Below, in pieces: positions 53,501-61,883 of a stretch of 64,000 nt of DNA; within the stretch, counting starts at the first letter, position 1; every line of letters begins with the position of its first letter. The stretch is from positions 2,731 through 66,730 of the forward strand of contig DASWXO010000008.1 of NCBI GenBank assembly GCA_036405455.1, in the 5' to 3' direction. This DNA is from Thermomonas sp. Its GTDB lineage: Bacteria > Pseudomonadota > Gammaproteobacteria > Xanthomonadales > Xanthomonadaceae. Made by a program: the position numbers and the translations under genes. Below the pieces are notes generated by a model. That model had not been told where the DNA came from. It searched no databases and worked only from the letters and a program-made list of their open reading frames with translations.

Positions 53501-54213
53501 CGGTCCGCCGTGCCTCCGATATTTTCGGCGAAGCAGGCACCGGCGCCGGCCGCAATCCGGGCAACGTGGCGAGCATGGTGCAGACACTGCGCCGACATGC
53601 CAGCGACAAAATGGGGGCCGTGCGCGACTACAGCGCCGCGCTGGAAAGCCGACTCAAGGACTGGAGCGTGGCCGACGACTGCGCGCGCATGCGGACCGCG
53701 CAGGCATCACTGGATCTGCTGATCGCGCTGGCCGATGCTGGCGCGGATCCGGTGGCGGTGCTGGCGCAGGCGCGGGTGGACACCTCCAGCGCGGCTATGG
53801 GCGCAGTAATGGCATCCGCGCCTGCCCTGACGACAACGCTGCGTTCATCGCAGTGGCAGGTGTTGGAGTCCTTCCGCAGCCTGGGCCGCAGCGACACACC
53901 TGCGGTGGCGGTCCTGGATGCGGTGGTCGCGGCACTGGCGGCCGACGAGCACGTCACCAGGCTGGATGCGGAGCTGTCCCGCCAGCATGGGGCCGCGCTG
54001 AAGCTGATGGTCGTGGCACCTCCGCCTGCTCCGCCGCCGCCCGCGCCGGTGCCACCGTCGCTGCCTGCCGTGCGCAGCATCGAGCGGCGTTCGGCGGATG
54101 CCGCCGCGGTGACCGAGGTGATGCGGGAGCTGCAGCAGACGTTGGATGAAGATCCTTCGCTGCGCGTGGACATCGAATGCCGCGTGTATCGCGATGGCGG
54201 TGGTGGGGCGTGA
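50572..54213 (+). CDS. pglY: BREX-2 ATPase PglY
   Basis: MTTIGDIFTIP..VHQGDFVLRL; GSFGSGKSHF Walker A; LFLDELILWLA; YPFSPALV. Confidence 0.93.
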   Translation: MTTIGDIFTIPDAVHQGDFVLRLTEGLQADKRRQTMQQYVVTPQLVQSFKQALSLIGSAVTSNSSKGAYLHGSFGSGKSHFMAVLDMILEGDADARAIPELAGVVREANAWWEGGRYLVVPFHMIGARSMESAILGGYAAHVREKHPDAPTPGFYRSAELIENAHRLRGQMGDESFFKALGGSGGGDVGWGSLGDGWDAAAYDAAAAADPDDAEHRRLVGDLVDAFFRHLHANADTDNYVSLDRGLAVMSQHARDLGYRAVVLFLDELILWLASHSQDSAFLNREGQKVAKLVEAEAAGRPIPIVSFIARQRDLRELVGASVPGAQQLAFADVLQWWEARFDKIVLEDRNLPAIIERRLLQPRGEAEKQQVHDAFEKTARVRQEVLDILLTNEGDRRMFEQVYPFSPALVQVLVALSGLLQRERTALKLMLQLLVQSKDRLQLGDVIPVGDLFDVIIDGDEPFTPVIKNLFDRARGVWNRKLVPLLEADHGVSNQDILDGNADPQVVRRYRADAGILKTLLLSTLAPEVEALRNLTPIRLAALNHGTIRSPLPNGEASTVLAKVRGWASHAGEIQLSPDAAQPVITMQLSGVDVEGVLENARAMDNFGNRVRMVKDLLFGEIGIDAATALLAPEYAWLWRGTPRRTEVLLQNVRELTDESMRPGDGVWRLLVDYPFDEDPARTPADDRARLQTFRERAESVRTIAWIPSFLNDRALDDLGRLVILNHVLSGPRLDEYGAHLQPIERSEARATLKSQRDQLELRVRAALKQAYGIAQGTGTDVHTSHTLDEHFQSLANGLRLQPPPGGGFKESVEHLLDQALAHQYPAHPKFEGEVRRSGLKRSLDALREAVESADGRAGLGSQRDEIRRIVQPLRLATCGEAHLSLEEHWRTHFTRKMAAERVDNPTVRQLRQWMDEPHAMGLQDDASDLVILAWAAQAGRTPYLHGAPVQAEIGSLNRECELREQALPDEALWKEAVRRASDIFGEAGTGAGRNPGNVASMVQTLRRHASDKMGAVRDYSAALESRLKDWSVADDCARMRTAQASLDLLIALADAGADPVAVLAQARVDTSSAAMGAVMASAPALTTTLRSSQWQVLESFRSLGRSDTPAVAVLDAVVAALAADEHVTRLDAELSRQHGAALKLMVVAPPPAPPPPAPVPPSLPAVRSIERRSADAAAVTEVMRELQQTLDEDPSLRVDIECRVYRDGGGGA

Positions 54214-56798
54214 GCCTGACGCTGTCGCAACTGGCCAGCCACGCCGCCAGGGTGCTGGAAGAAGGCGCGCCGCGGCAGGCGCTGGCCTATGCCTGGCCGC
54301 ACCCGTGGTCGGGCGGCGAGTCGATCGAGGTAGGCGGGCGCACCCTGCCGTTGTGCTACTGCAGCTCGAACCTGGAAGTGCGCGAGGCGCTGGCGGCCGA
54401 CGGCGACACGCCTGCGGTCCTGCTGATCGGCTTGCCGGAGAACGCGCTGGGCCAGGACATCCTGGCGCGCTTTGCGCGCCATCGGCTGCTGCATGTGGAT
54501 CGCTGGCAGCTGGTGCAGGACGCCTACGGTGTGCGCCAGGTGGACGCGAGGCTGTTCCCGCTGCAGTGGCTGCCTGCCGTGCTGCTGGACGCGGTATCGG
54601 CTCGCCCGCGGACGCCTGCGCCGGTGCTGACACTGGAAGAGGCCATGGCTACCTGCCTGGCGTTCTCGTTCGGCTTGCCGGTCGAGCAGCCGGGACTGGA
54701 GGATTTCGCGCAGACCTGTGAAGCCAGCCACGCGCGATGGCTGGCCATCCCGCAGGAGCAGCGCGTCCACTTCAGGCAGCATCTGCTGGGCCAGTTCGGG
54801 CCGCTGGCCGAGGCCTTCGTCGCGGCCATGGAGAATGGCAACGGGCATGCCATTACCGCCATCGGGCTGGCCTGCGACGTGCTGTACGCGGATCAGGCCG
54901 AGAAGGTGCCGGAGCTGCGTGATGCCCGTGTGCGGCTTGAATCGCGCCTTGGCGGCCACCGCCTGCAGGCTGCGGAGGGCAAGCGCTGGGCACGGTTGGC
55001 GCAGGAGCTGATTGGGCGTCTGAATGAGGCGGGGCGCGTGTCGATTGAACGCATGACCGCCGAGCTGCTGCATGCTGTTGGTGCCGACGAGCATCTGGCC
55101 TTGAGCAGCGTGCTGTCGCTGGGGCTGGATGCGCGCCTGGACCAGCTTGGCAAATCGATCGAACTGTTCTTGCGCACACCCGATGCGCTGACCGAGGTCG
55201 AAGCCGCCACGGCCCACGCGCTGGCCCATCGGCATGCCCCGCGCAACCACCCGGGCCCCGGGGCGGTGCGGATGGCTGCGCGACTGTGCCGTTCGCTGGC
55301 CGAAGACATCGCGGGCGCGGCGGGTGCCGATCCGGTCGGCTACTACCTGGAGCACGGTGCGTGGCAGGACTGGGCGCGCAGGTCGCTGCGTGGTGTTCGG
55401 CCCGAGCGCTTCGCGCGTGCGGTGACCAGGCTGCTCGACCAGGTGGCGCTCGTGCGCCGGGCGCAGGACGAAGCCTTCGCCCGCAGTTTGCTGGCCTCCC
55501 TGCGCTTGGGCGAAGTTCCAGCCGGGCTGACGCCTGTGGAATCGGCCCTGGATCGGGTGGTGGCCCCGCTGGCGTCGCAGTTGCCGCTGCTGCTGGTGGT
55601 GCTGGACGGCATGAGCGCGGATGTCTCGCTGGCGATGTCGCAGTCGCTGCTGTCACGCGGCTGGACTGCCTGGGACCGCCGCGGAGAGCCGCTGGCATTG
55701 CTGGCGACCATACCGTCAGTGACCGAATGCAGCCGCAGCAGCTTGCTGTCGGGAAGGCTTGCGCGCGGCGTCGCTCGTCAGGAGGCCCAGGCGTTCGCCG
55801 CGCACGAAGGTCTCCGGCGGGCAAGCCGCTCGGGCCATCCGCCGCGGTTGTTCCACAAGGCCGGCGTGGAGCAGAGCCACCAGCTGGGCACTGAGGTGGC
55901 GGCCGCGATTGCCGACGCCAGCTGCCAGGTGGTGGCCGTGGTCATCAATGCCATTGACGATGCGCTGGCCAAATCGGACCAGGTCCGCATCGACTGGGAC
56001 ATCGAAACCATCCCCTTGCTGGCTGAGGTGCTGGATCATGCCAGCCGTGCCGGCAGGGCCGTGGTCCTGACCAGTGATCACGGCCACGTGCTTGAGCGTG
56101 ATTCGATACTGCGGCCCGGTGGCGCAGGAGAACGCTACCGCACGGCCGAAGCGCCGGTCGCCGAGGGTGAGTTGCTGGCCGACGGGCCGCGCGTGCGGGC
56201 GCTGATGGACAGCGCGATCGTGGTGCCCTGGCGCGAGGACATCCGCTATGCGGTGAAAAAGAACGGATATCACGGCGGCGTGTCCCGCCAGGAAATGATC
56301 GTGCCGCTGGGTATCTGGACGCCTCCGGGCATGGAGCTGCCGGATGCCGGGTACCTGCCGACGAACAATGCCAGCCCAGCGTGGTGGGAGTCCGACGGCC
56401 AAGTGCCACCACCCCGGTCCGTGCCCGCGCAACCGCCTGTCAGGCGAAGGGCGGCGGAGGCGTCCGGCGACCTGTTTGCACCGCGGCAGGCCAGCGGCTT
56501 GGCTGATGCGCTGTTGGCCAGCAGCGTCTTCGGTCACCAGCAGGCGCGGGTCGGACGTGTGGCCCTTGAGCCTCAGCGGCTGGCCACGCTGGTGCGGAAA
56601 CTGGAGGATGGTGGCGGGCGCGCCCGGATCGAACAGCTTGCGCAGGCGATCGAGATGCCCGCGGTGCGGATGCGCGGCGTGGTGTCGATCCTCCAGCGCA
56701 CGCTCAATATCGATGGTTTCCCGGTGGTCACCTTTGAGCAGGCGACCGGGACCGTCCTGCTTGACCTGCCACTGCTGCGCACACAGTTCCAGCTATGA
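54210..56798 (+). CDS. pglZ: BREX-2 phosphatase PglZ
   Basis: LVVLDGMS, TIPSVTECSRSSLLSG, TSDHGH, GYHGG alkaline-phosphatase-like motifs; GTG overlaps the pglY stop. Confidence 0.93.
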   Translation: MSLTLSQLASHAARVLEEGAPRQALAYAWPHPWSGGESIEVGGRTLPLCYCSSNLEVREALAADGDTPAVLLIGLPENALGQDILARFARHRLLHVDRWQLVQDAYGVRQVDARLFPLQWLPAVLLDAVSARPRTPAPVLTLEEAMATCLAFSFGLPVEQPGLEDFAQTCEASHARWLAIPQEQRVHFRQHLLGQFGPLAEAFVAAMENGNGHAITAIGLACDVLYADQAEKVPELRDARVRLESRLGGHRLQAAEGKRWARLAQELIGRLNEAGRVSIERMTAELLHAVGADEHLALSSVLSLGLDARLDQLGKSIELFLRTPDALTEVEAATAHALAHRHAPRNHPGPGAVRMAARLCRSLAEDIAGAAGADPVGYYLEHGAWQDWARRSLRGVRPERFARAVTRLLDQVALVRRAQDEAFARSLLASLRLGEVPAGLTPVESALDRVVAPLASQLPLLLVVLDGMSADVSLAMSQSLLSRGWTAWDRRGEPLALLATIPSVTECSRSSLLSGRLARGVARQEAQAFAAHEGLRRASRSGHPPRLFHKAGVEQSHQLGTEVAAAIADASCQVVAVVINAIDDALAKSDQVRIDWDIETIPLLAEVLDHASRAGRAVVLTSDHGHVLERDSILRPGGAGERYRTAEAPVAEGELLADGPRVRALMDSAIVVPWREDIRYAVKKNGYHGGVSRQEMIVPLGIWTPPGMELPDAGYLPTNNASPAWWESDGQVPPPRSVPAQPPVRRRAAEASGDLFAPRQASGLADALLASSVFGHQQARVGRVALEPQRLATLVRKLEDGGGRARIEQLAQAIEMPAVRMRGVVSILQRTLNIDGFPVVTFEQATGTVLLDLPLLRTQFQL

Positions 56799-58102
56799 CG
56801 ACGATCTCACCCGCCCGTGCCGATGAAATCCTGGATGCGCTGCGACGCGGCACCGTGCCCGAGTCCGCGCTGGACGCGTTTGCGGTCGGGCTGGACCCCT
56901 ACCGCGACACCCTGCTGGCGGAGCTGAGCCAGGCTTCGACAGGCCGAGGCCGGTTCAAGGCCGTGCGCGGCGACTACGGAACGGGCAAGACCTTTTTTGC
57001 CCGCTGGTTCCAGGGGCTGGCGCGTGCGGAAGGGTTCGCCAGCTCGGAAGTGCAGATCTCCGAAGCGGAAACGCCGCTGCATCGCCTGGAAACGGTGTAC
57101 AGGCGGCTGATCGAGCACCTGATGATCGAAGGTGGGGAGCGCGGTGCCATGCGCGCGATCATCGACGGCTGGTTCTATGCGCTGGAAGAGGAAGTGCTTG
57201 CGCGGGAAGGTGATTGCGCCGAGGACAGGCTGCTCCAGGCGAGCGAGGCGCTGATGACTGAGCGCCTGCGCCCGATCGAGCGGCAGGCGCCGGCATTTGG
57301 TGCCTGCCTGCGGACCTATCGCCGTGCGATGGCGGCCGGCGACGAGGCTCTGGCCAGTGGTCTGATTGCCTGGATGTCGGGGCAGCCGAACGTGGCCGCT
57401 GCGGTCAAACGCGCGGCCGGGATCAAGGGCGACATCGATCACTTCGGGGCGCTGGGCTTCCTGCAGGGCCTGCTGCTGATCCTGCGCGACAGTGGATTTT
57501 CCGGCCTGGTGCTGGTGCTGGACGAGGTGGAAACCCTCCAGCGCGTGCGCGGCGATGTCCGGGAAAAGAGCTTGAACGCGCTGCGCCAGCTCATGGACGA
57601 GATCGATGCCGGCCGCTTTCCAGGCCTGTACCTGATGATTACCGGCACGCCGGCGTTCTTCGATGGCCCGCAGGGTGTGCAGCGACTGCCGCCCTTGGCG
57701 CAGCGGCTGCACGTGGACTTCGGTGCCGATGGACGGTTCGACAATCCGCGTGCGGTCCAGATCCGCCTGCGTGCCTTCGACATGGAGCGCCTGGTCGAAG
57801 TCGGGCGCAACGTAAGGGCTGTGTTCGTCCAGCGCAGCGCCGCCGCAGATCGCGTGCTCGCGCATGTCGACGATGCCTTGATCACGGACCTGGCAACCGC
57901 CGTGACCGGCAGGCTGGGCGGGAAGGTTGGCGTTGCGCCACGGATCTTCCTGAAGAAGCTGGTGTCCGAGGTGCTGGATCGGGTCGATCAGTTTCCCGAC
58001 TTCGACCCCCGCAAGGATTATCAGCTCGTGGTGCAGCTTGCGGAGCTGAGCCAGGACGAGCGGCGCGTGCTGTCGCCAGACGATATCCAGCTCGATCTGT
58101 GA
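56795..58102 (+). CDS. brxD: BREX system ATP-binding protein BrxD
   Basis: ALRRGTVP; GDYGTGKT Walker A; LVLDEVE; RFDNPRAVQIRL. Confidence 0.92.
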   Translation: MTTISPARADEILDALRRGTVPESALDAFAVGLDPYRDTLLAELSQASTGRGRFKAVRGDYGTGKTFFARWFQGLARAEGFASSEVQISEAETPLHRLETVYRRLIEHLMIEGGERGAMRAIIDGWFYALEEEVLAREGDCAEDRLLQASEALMTERLRPIERQAPAFGACLRTYRRAMAAGDEALASGLIAWMSGQPNVAAAVKRAAGIKGDIDHFGALGFLQGLLLILRDSGFSGLVLVLDEVETLQRVRGDVREKSLNALRQLMDEIDAGRFPGLYLMITGTPAFFDGPQGVQRLPPLAQRLHVDFGADGRFDNPRAVQIRLRAFDMERLVEVGRNVRAVFVQRSAAADRVLAHVDDALITDLATAVTGRLGGKVGVAPRIFLKKLVSEVLDRVDQFPDFDPRKDYQLVVQLAELSQDERRVLSPDDIQLDL

Positions 58103-60177
58103 GCAGCGACGGCACCGAGGCCAGTGCGTTCGAGCTTCTGCATCCGGCAGTCCAATACCACGTGGTCAACTCGCTTGGGTGGCCGGGGCTGAGGCCGCTG
58201 CAGGAGCAGGCGGTTGCGCCGCTGGTGCAGGGACATCACGCGCTGCTGATCGCACCTACGGCTGGTGGGAAGACCGAAGCGGCGGTTCTGCCCGTGCTCT
58301 CGCGGATGCTGAGCGAGGAATGGCGCGGGCTCAGCGTCCTGTATGTCTGCCCGATCAAGGCGCTGTTGAACAACCTGGAGCCGCGCCTGTCCGCACTGGC
58401 AGGCATGGTGGGGCGCAGGGTGGAGGTCTGGCATGGCGACGTGAGCGCCGGCGACAAGTCGCGCGCGCAGCGCGAACCGCCGGACATTCTGTTGACGACG
58501 CCCGAGTCGCTCGAGGGCATCCTGATCGGAAGTCGCCGCGACCACCGCCGGCTACTTGGTGGCGTGCGCTGCGTGATCGTGGATGAGTTGCATGCCTTTG
58601 CCGGTGACGACCGGGGCTGGCATCTGCTTGCGCTGCTGGAGCGCCTGCGCGCGCTGGGTGCGCCCCTTGAACAGCGCATCGGGCTATCCGCCACGGTCGG
58701 GGATCCTGCTGCGCTGCTGGAGTGGCTGACGGGACACGCAGGCGGCACGAGCACTCTGGTTCAGATCTCGGCACCGCCCGCCGAGTCCGAAATCACCATC
58801 GACTACGCCGGCAGCATCGCCAATGCGGCCATCCTGATCAGCAGGCTGCATGCTGGCGAGAAGCGGTTGGTGTTCTGCGACAGCCGGACGAAGGTGGAAG
58901 AGCTCGCGTTGGCCTTGCGCGCGCTGGAGGTCGACGTCTTCGTGTCCCACGCGGCCTTGTCCGCGGACATTCGCCGGCAGGCCGAGCAGGCGTTCGCCGA
59001 GCGCCAGAACTGCGTCATCGTGGCGACCAGCACGCTGGAGCTGGGTCTGGATGTGGGAGATCTGGATCGAGTGATCCAGATTGACGCGCCAGGATCGGTC
59101 GCCTCGTTCCTCCAGCGACTGGGGCGCACGGGCAGGCGGCCGGGCAGTCGTCGCAACATGCTGTTCATTGCGACCAGCGGGGAAGGCTTGCTGCAGGCTG
59201 TAGCCATCAACCGACTGTTCGGCGAGGGCTATGTGGAACCGGTGCCGCCGCCGCCCCTGCCGTACCACCTTCTGGTGCAGCAACTGTTCGCGCTGATCTT
59301 CGAGCGTGGCGGCGAGGTGGCCGAAGCCGACTTTCTGGCACTGTTCGGACGCGTTCCCGGGATGGTCGAGGCCGTGGATGCGGGCTGGCCGGAGATCAGG
59401 GCACATCTGGTTGCGGGCGACTGGCTAGTCGGCACCGGCATGCAGTTGGCGTTGGGACCGAAGGCGGAAGCCAGGTTCCGCGGCAAGGGCCTGGCCGACC
59501 TGTGCGTCTCCTTTGATTCGCCAAACTCCTTCGCGGCCATCCATGGCAACGTGCTGGTGGGCCATGTCGACCCGTTGAGCCTGGCTGGCAAGCGGAATTC
59601 GCCCTTGATCCTGGCCCTTGGAGGGCGCTCGTGGCGTGTGGTGTCTTCCGACTTGTCACGTGCGCGAGTCCATGTCGTTCCCAGCGAAGAGAAGGGCAGT
59701 AGCCGTTGGCTGGGTGCGACGCGCGGCGCATCCCGGGCGCTGTCGCAAAAGGTGCGCGCTGTCCTTGCTGATGCCAGCCCGGATGACGAGCCGGGGCTTT
59801 CGGGAAGGGCGCGGACGAAGCTTGCCGAGCTTCAGGAGGAGCTGGAGGACACCCTCCGGGCAACTCCGTTCGAGCGCGCCGATGGCGGCTATATCTGTTG
59901 GACATATGCGGGCTTGGCCGCAAACCTTCTGCTGGCCGGCCGCATCACCGCCGCCGGTGGCACTTACGGAGTGGTGACCGCGTGGAGCGTGAAGTTCACG
60001 TTGAGTACGGCAGCACTGAAGCGCGTCGGCGGCTGGAAGGGCCTAGTGGCATTGGAGCCGTTCTGGGAGCCTGCGAGCCAGCCCAAGTTCGCGGAACTGC
60101 TACCTACCAGCCGGGTTCAGGACATGACGCTTCAAAGGGTTAAGGCCATTGCGTCGATCAGATATCCCCCTGAGTGA
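58099..60177 (+). CDS. brxHI: BREX-2 Lhr-like SF2 helicase BrxHI
   Basis: APTAGGKT, TTPESLE, DELH, SAT, TLELGLD, QRLGRTGR. Confidence 0.9.
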   Translation: MSSDGTEASAFELLHPAVQYHVVNSLGWPGLRPLQEQAVAPLVQGHHALLIAPTAGGKTEAAVLPVLSRMLSEEWRGLSVLYVCPIKALLNNLEPRLSALAGMVGRRVEVWHGDVSAGDKSRAQREPPDILLTTPESLEGILIGSRRDHRRLLGGVRCVIVDELHAFAGDDRGWHLLALLERLRALGAPLEQRIGLSATVGDPAALLEWLTGHAGGTSTLVQISAPPAESEITIDYAGSIANAAILISRLHAGEKRLVFCDSRTKVEELALALRALEVDVFVSHAALSADIRRQAEQAFAERQNCVIVATSTLELGLDVGDLDRVIQIDAPGSVASFLQRLGRTGRRPGSRRNMLFIATSGEGLLQAVAINRLFGEGYVEPVPPPPLPYHLLVQQLFALIFERGGEVAEADFLALFGRVPGMVEAVDAGWPEIRAHLVAGDWLVGTGMQLALGPKAEARFRGKGLADLCVSFDSPNSFAAIHGNVLVGHVDPLSLAGKRNSPLILALGGRSWRVVSSDLSRARVHVVPSEEKGSSRWLGATRGASRALSQKVRAVLADASPDDEPGLSGRARTKLAELQEELEDTLRATPFERADGGYICWTYAGLAANLLLAGRITAAGGTYGVVTAWSVKFTLSTAALKRVGGWKGLVALEPFWEPASQPKFAELLPTSRVQDMTLQRVKAIASIRYPPE

Positions 60178-60193
60178 TTCTCGTCCGTACTTC

Positions 60194-60366
60194 GGGCACA
60201 TCGTGTTGGGGTCGATTCGGTCGCGTGGAGCCCGGATGGCCTGCATGACTTGGGCACGGAACCGGGCACGAACCGGGCACAAGCCATTTTCGTCCCTCCT
60301 GAGGGACGAGAGCCGATGCTTGGCCTGAGGATGGTAAGGGCGGCTTCGTGCCCACCATTCGGGCAC
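60194..60366. repeat. Cluster of GGGCAC motifs, candidate integrase arm-binding sites
   Basis: GGGCAC at 60194, 60252, 60264, 60275 and 60361, plus an inverted copy at 60348. Confidence 0.55.
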
Positions 60367-60395
60367 AAAAAAGCCCGCGTCGGTGGCGGGCTTTT
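60367..60395. terminator. Island-borne intrinsic terminator downstream of tRNA-Met / brxHI
   Basis: aaaaGCCCGC-gtcggtg-GCGGGCtttt. Confidence 0.82.
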
Positions 60396-60427
60396 ATTGG
60401 GTAGCTTGTTGTTTCTATTGAAAAATC

Positions 60428-60504
60428 TGGTGGCTATGGGTGGACTCGAACCACCGACCCCAGCATTATGAGTGCTGTGCTCTAACCGGCTGAGCTACAT
60501 AGCC
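60428..60504 (-). tRNA. tRNA-Met (CAT), elongator type
   Basis: GGCTATGTAGCTCAG...CTCATAA...GGTTCGAGTCC...AGCCACCA, 77 nt, encoded CCA, G1-C72; resembles E. coli elongator tRNA-Met. Confidence 0.96.
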
Positions 60505-60527
60505 AGATTTCCCAAATTGTTTGCGTT

Positions 60528-60576
60528 GACCCCGACATTATGAGTGCTGTGCTCTAACCGGCTGAGCTACATAGCC
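60528..60576 (-). pseudogene. Duplicated 5' half of tRNA-Met
   Basis: 60536-60576 is identical to 60464-60504 (41 bp); extends to 49 bp with 2 mismatches; lacks the T arm and 3' acceptor strand. Confidence 0.85.
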
Positions 60577-60695
60577 GACGCGAACCCGGAATTATTCCGG
60601 GTTCGCCGCCCGGCGTCAATCACCCGCAGCGTGGGTTGCGGCATCCCGGCGCGGCTGGCAGAGTCGAAGCCAGTGGATATCGTGGAGTCCGCATC

Positions 60696-61238
60696 GTGAT
60701 CGATCCGGACGGTTTCAGGCCCAACGTGGGCATCGTGCTGATGCACGAGGACGGGCGGGTGTTCTGGGCGCGACGCGTGCGCCGGGACGGCTGGCAGTTC
60801 CCGCAGGGCGGGATCAACAGCGACGAAACGCCGCTGGAGGCCATGTACCGCGAACTGCGGGAGGAAACCGGGCTGCTGCCCGCGCACGTCGAGGTGCTGG
60901 GCGCGACGCCCGGCTGGCTGCGCTACCGGCTGCCGCCCCATGCCATCCGCCACCGCGACCGCCTGGTCTGCATCGGCCAGAAGCAGGTCTGGTACCTGCT
61001 GCGCTTCCGCGGCAGCGACGCCGACCTGCGGCTGGACCTGACCGACACGCCCGAATTCGACGGCTGGCGCTGGGTGGACTTCTGGTACCCGCTGCAGCAC
61101 GTGGTGACCTTCAAGCGCAGCGTGTATGCGCGTGCGCTGGGGCATCTCGCCCCGCTGGCGCGCGCCGTGGCGGGCTTCGCGGCGGTACCGGAGGCCGCCC
61201 TGCCACTGGCGCGCCCCGGCCACCTCCGCCAGCGCTGA
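60696..61238 (+). CDS. rppH: RNA pyrophosphohydrolase
   Basis: [12 protein letters not shown]; Nudix box [32 protein letters not shown]. Confidence 0.96.
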   Translation: MIDPDGFRPNVGIVLMHEDGRVFWARRVRRDGWQFPQGGINSDETPLEAMYRELREETGLLPAHVEVLGATPGWLRYRLPPHAIRHRDRLVCIGQKQVWYLLRFRGSDADLRLDLTDTPEFDGWRWVDFWYPLQHVVTFKRSVYARALGHLAPLARAVAGFAAVPEAALPLARPGHLRQR

Positions 61239-61391
61239 GCCGCGCCCCGCTTGCCCACCGGCCGCGAGCCTGAACGCGGCACGACCGTTCGTCGGCTCGA
61301 TGTTGCATCGCAACAATCCGGGCGTTATGTTGCACCGCACAACCGGCGAGATCCGCCGCCGGCACGCAAACAGGCAACGCAGGAGAACGCC

Positions 61392-61787
61392 ATGTACCAG
61401 TTCAACGACCAGTTCAACAACGCCGCCCGCCAGTTCGCCGACGCCGCCGCCAACGTGAACCGCCTGGCCCTCGAGAACGCCGGCAAGGTGTTCGGCCTGC
61501 AGATGGCCGCCATCGAGGACAGCTTCAACGCCACCTTCGCCTACGCCAGCGAGCTGCTGGACGTGCGCGACGCCGAGGGCCTGAAGACCGTGTGGCCGAA
61601 GGGCCTGCAGGTCGCCCGCGCCAATGCCGAGCGCAGCTTCGGCGCCGCGCAGGAAGCCTTCGCCGGCACCATCAAGACCAACGAAGCGATCGGCGCCCTG
61701 GCCAAGAGCCAGTTCGAGCAGGCCGGCGCTCAGGTCAAGGCCGAAGTCGAGAAGGCCACCAAGGCCGCCTCCAAGGCCGCCAAGTAA
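61392..61787 (+). CDS. Phasin-family protein
   Basis: AGGAG RBS; Ala-rich amphipathic helices; Lys/Ala-rich tail. Confidence 0.75.
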   Translation: MYQFNDQFNNAARQFADAAANVNRLALENAGKVFGLQMAAIEDSFNATFAYASELLDVRDAEGLKTVWPKGLQVARANAERSFGAAQEAFAGTIKTNEAIGALAKSQFEQAGAQVKAEVEKATKAASKAAK

Positions 61788-61838
61788 TCCCCCCACGGGA
61801 TCGCGCCAGCCTCCCCCCTCCGGCCGGCGCGTCCATGG

Positions 61839-61869
61839 CCCGGTAGCTTCGGCTACCGGGTTTTTTTTT
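61839..61869 (+). terminator. Intrinsic terminator
   Basis: CCCGGTAGC-TTCG-GCTACCGGG followed by T9. Confidence 0.92.
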
Positions 61870-61883
61870 GCGTGCGCGCCCGG

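Larger units (their letters stand above)
22596..60447. mobile_element. ~38 kb genomic island integrated at tRNA-Met (possibly tandem sub-islands)
   Basis: Terminal 21-bp direct repeat of the tRNA 3' end, two integrase-like genes, visible GC drop after 22600, defence cargo. Confidence 0.92.

Noticed and set aside
50413-53598. 1061-aa minus-strand ORF (and similar long ORFs opposite pglW, pglX and pglZ)
   Set aside because: Antisense shadows of well-supported BREX genes
54010-54070. Pro-rich stretch in PglY (PPPAPPPPAPVPP) as a repeat element
   Set aside because: Ordinary low-complexity interdomain linker
39021-60177. Assignment as BREX type 1 or a type I/III R-M system
   Set aside because: No brxA/brxB/brxC/brxL or hsdR/res genes; pglW, pglY, brxD and brxHI define type 2
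60194-60366. Short repeats as a possible CRISPR array (also 8068-8177)
   Set aside because: Repeats are too short or too few, there are no unique spacers of constant length, and no cas genes are present
60428-60504. tRNA as initiator fMet or Ile2 (CAT)
   Set aside because: Has a G1-C72 pair, lacks the three G-C anticodon-stem pairs, and its sequence resembles elongator tRNA-Met rather than ileX
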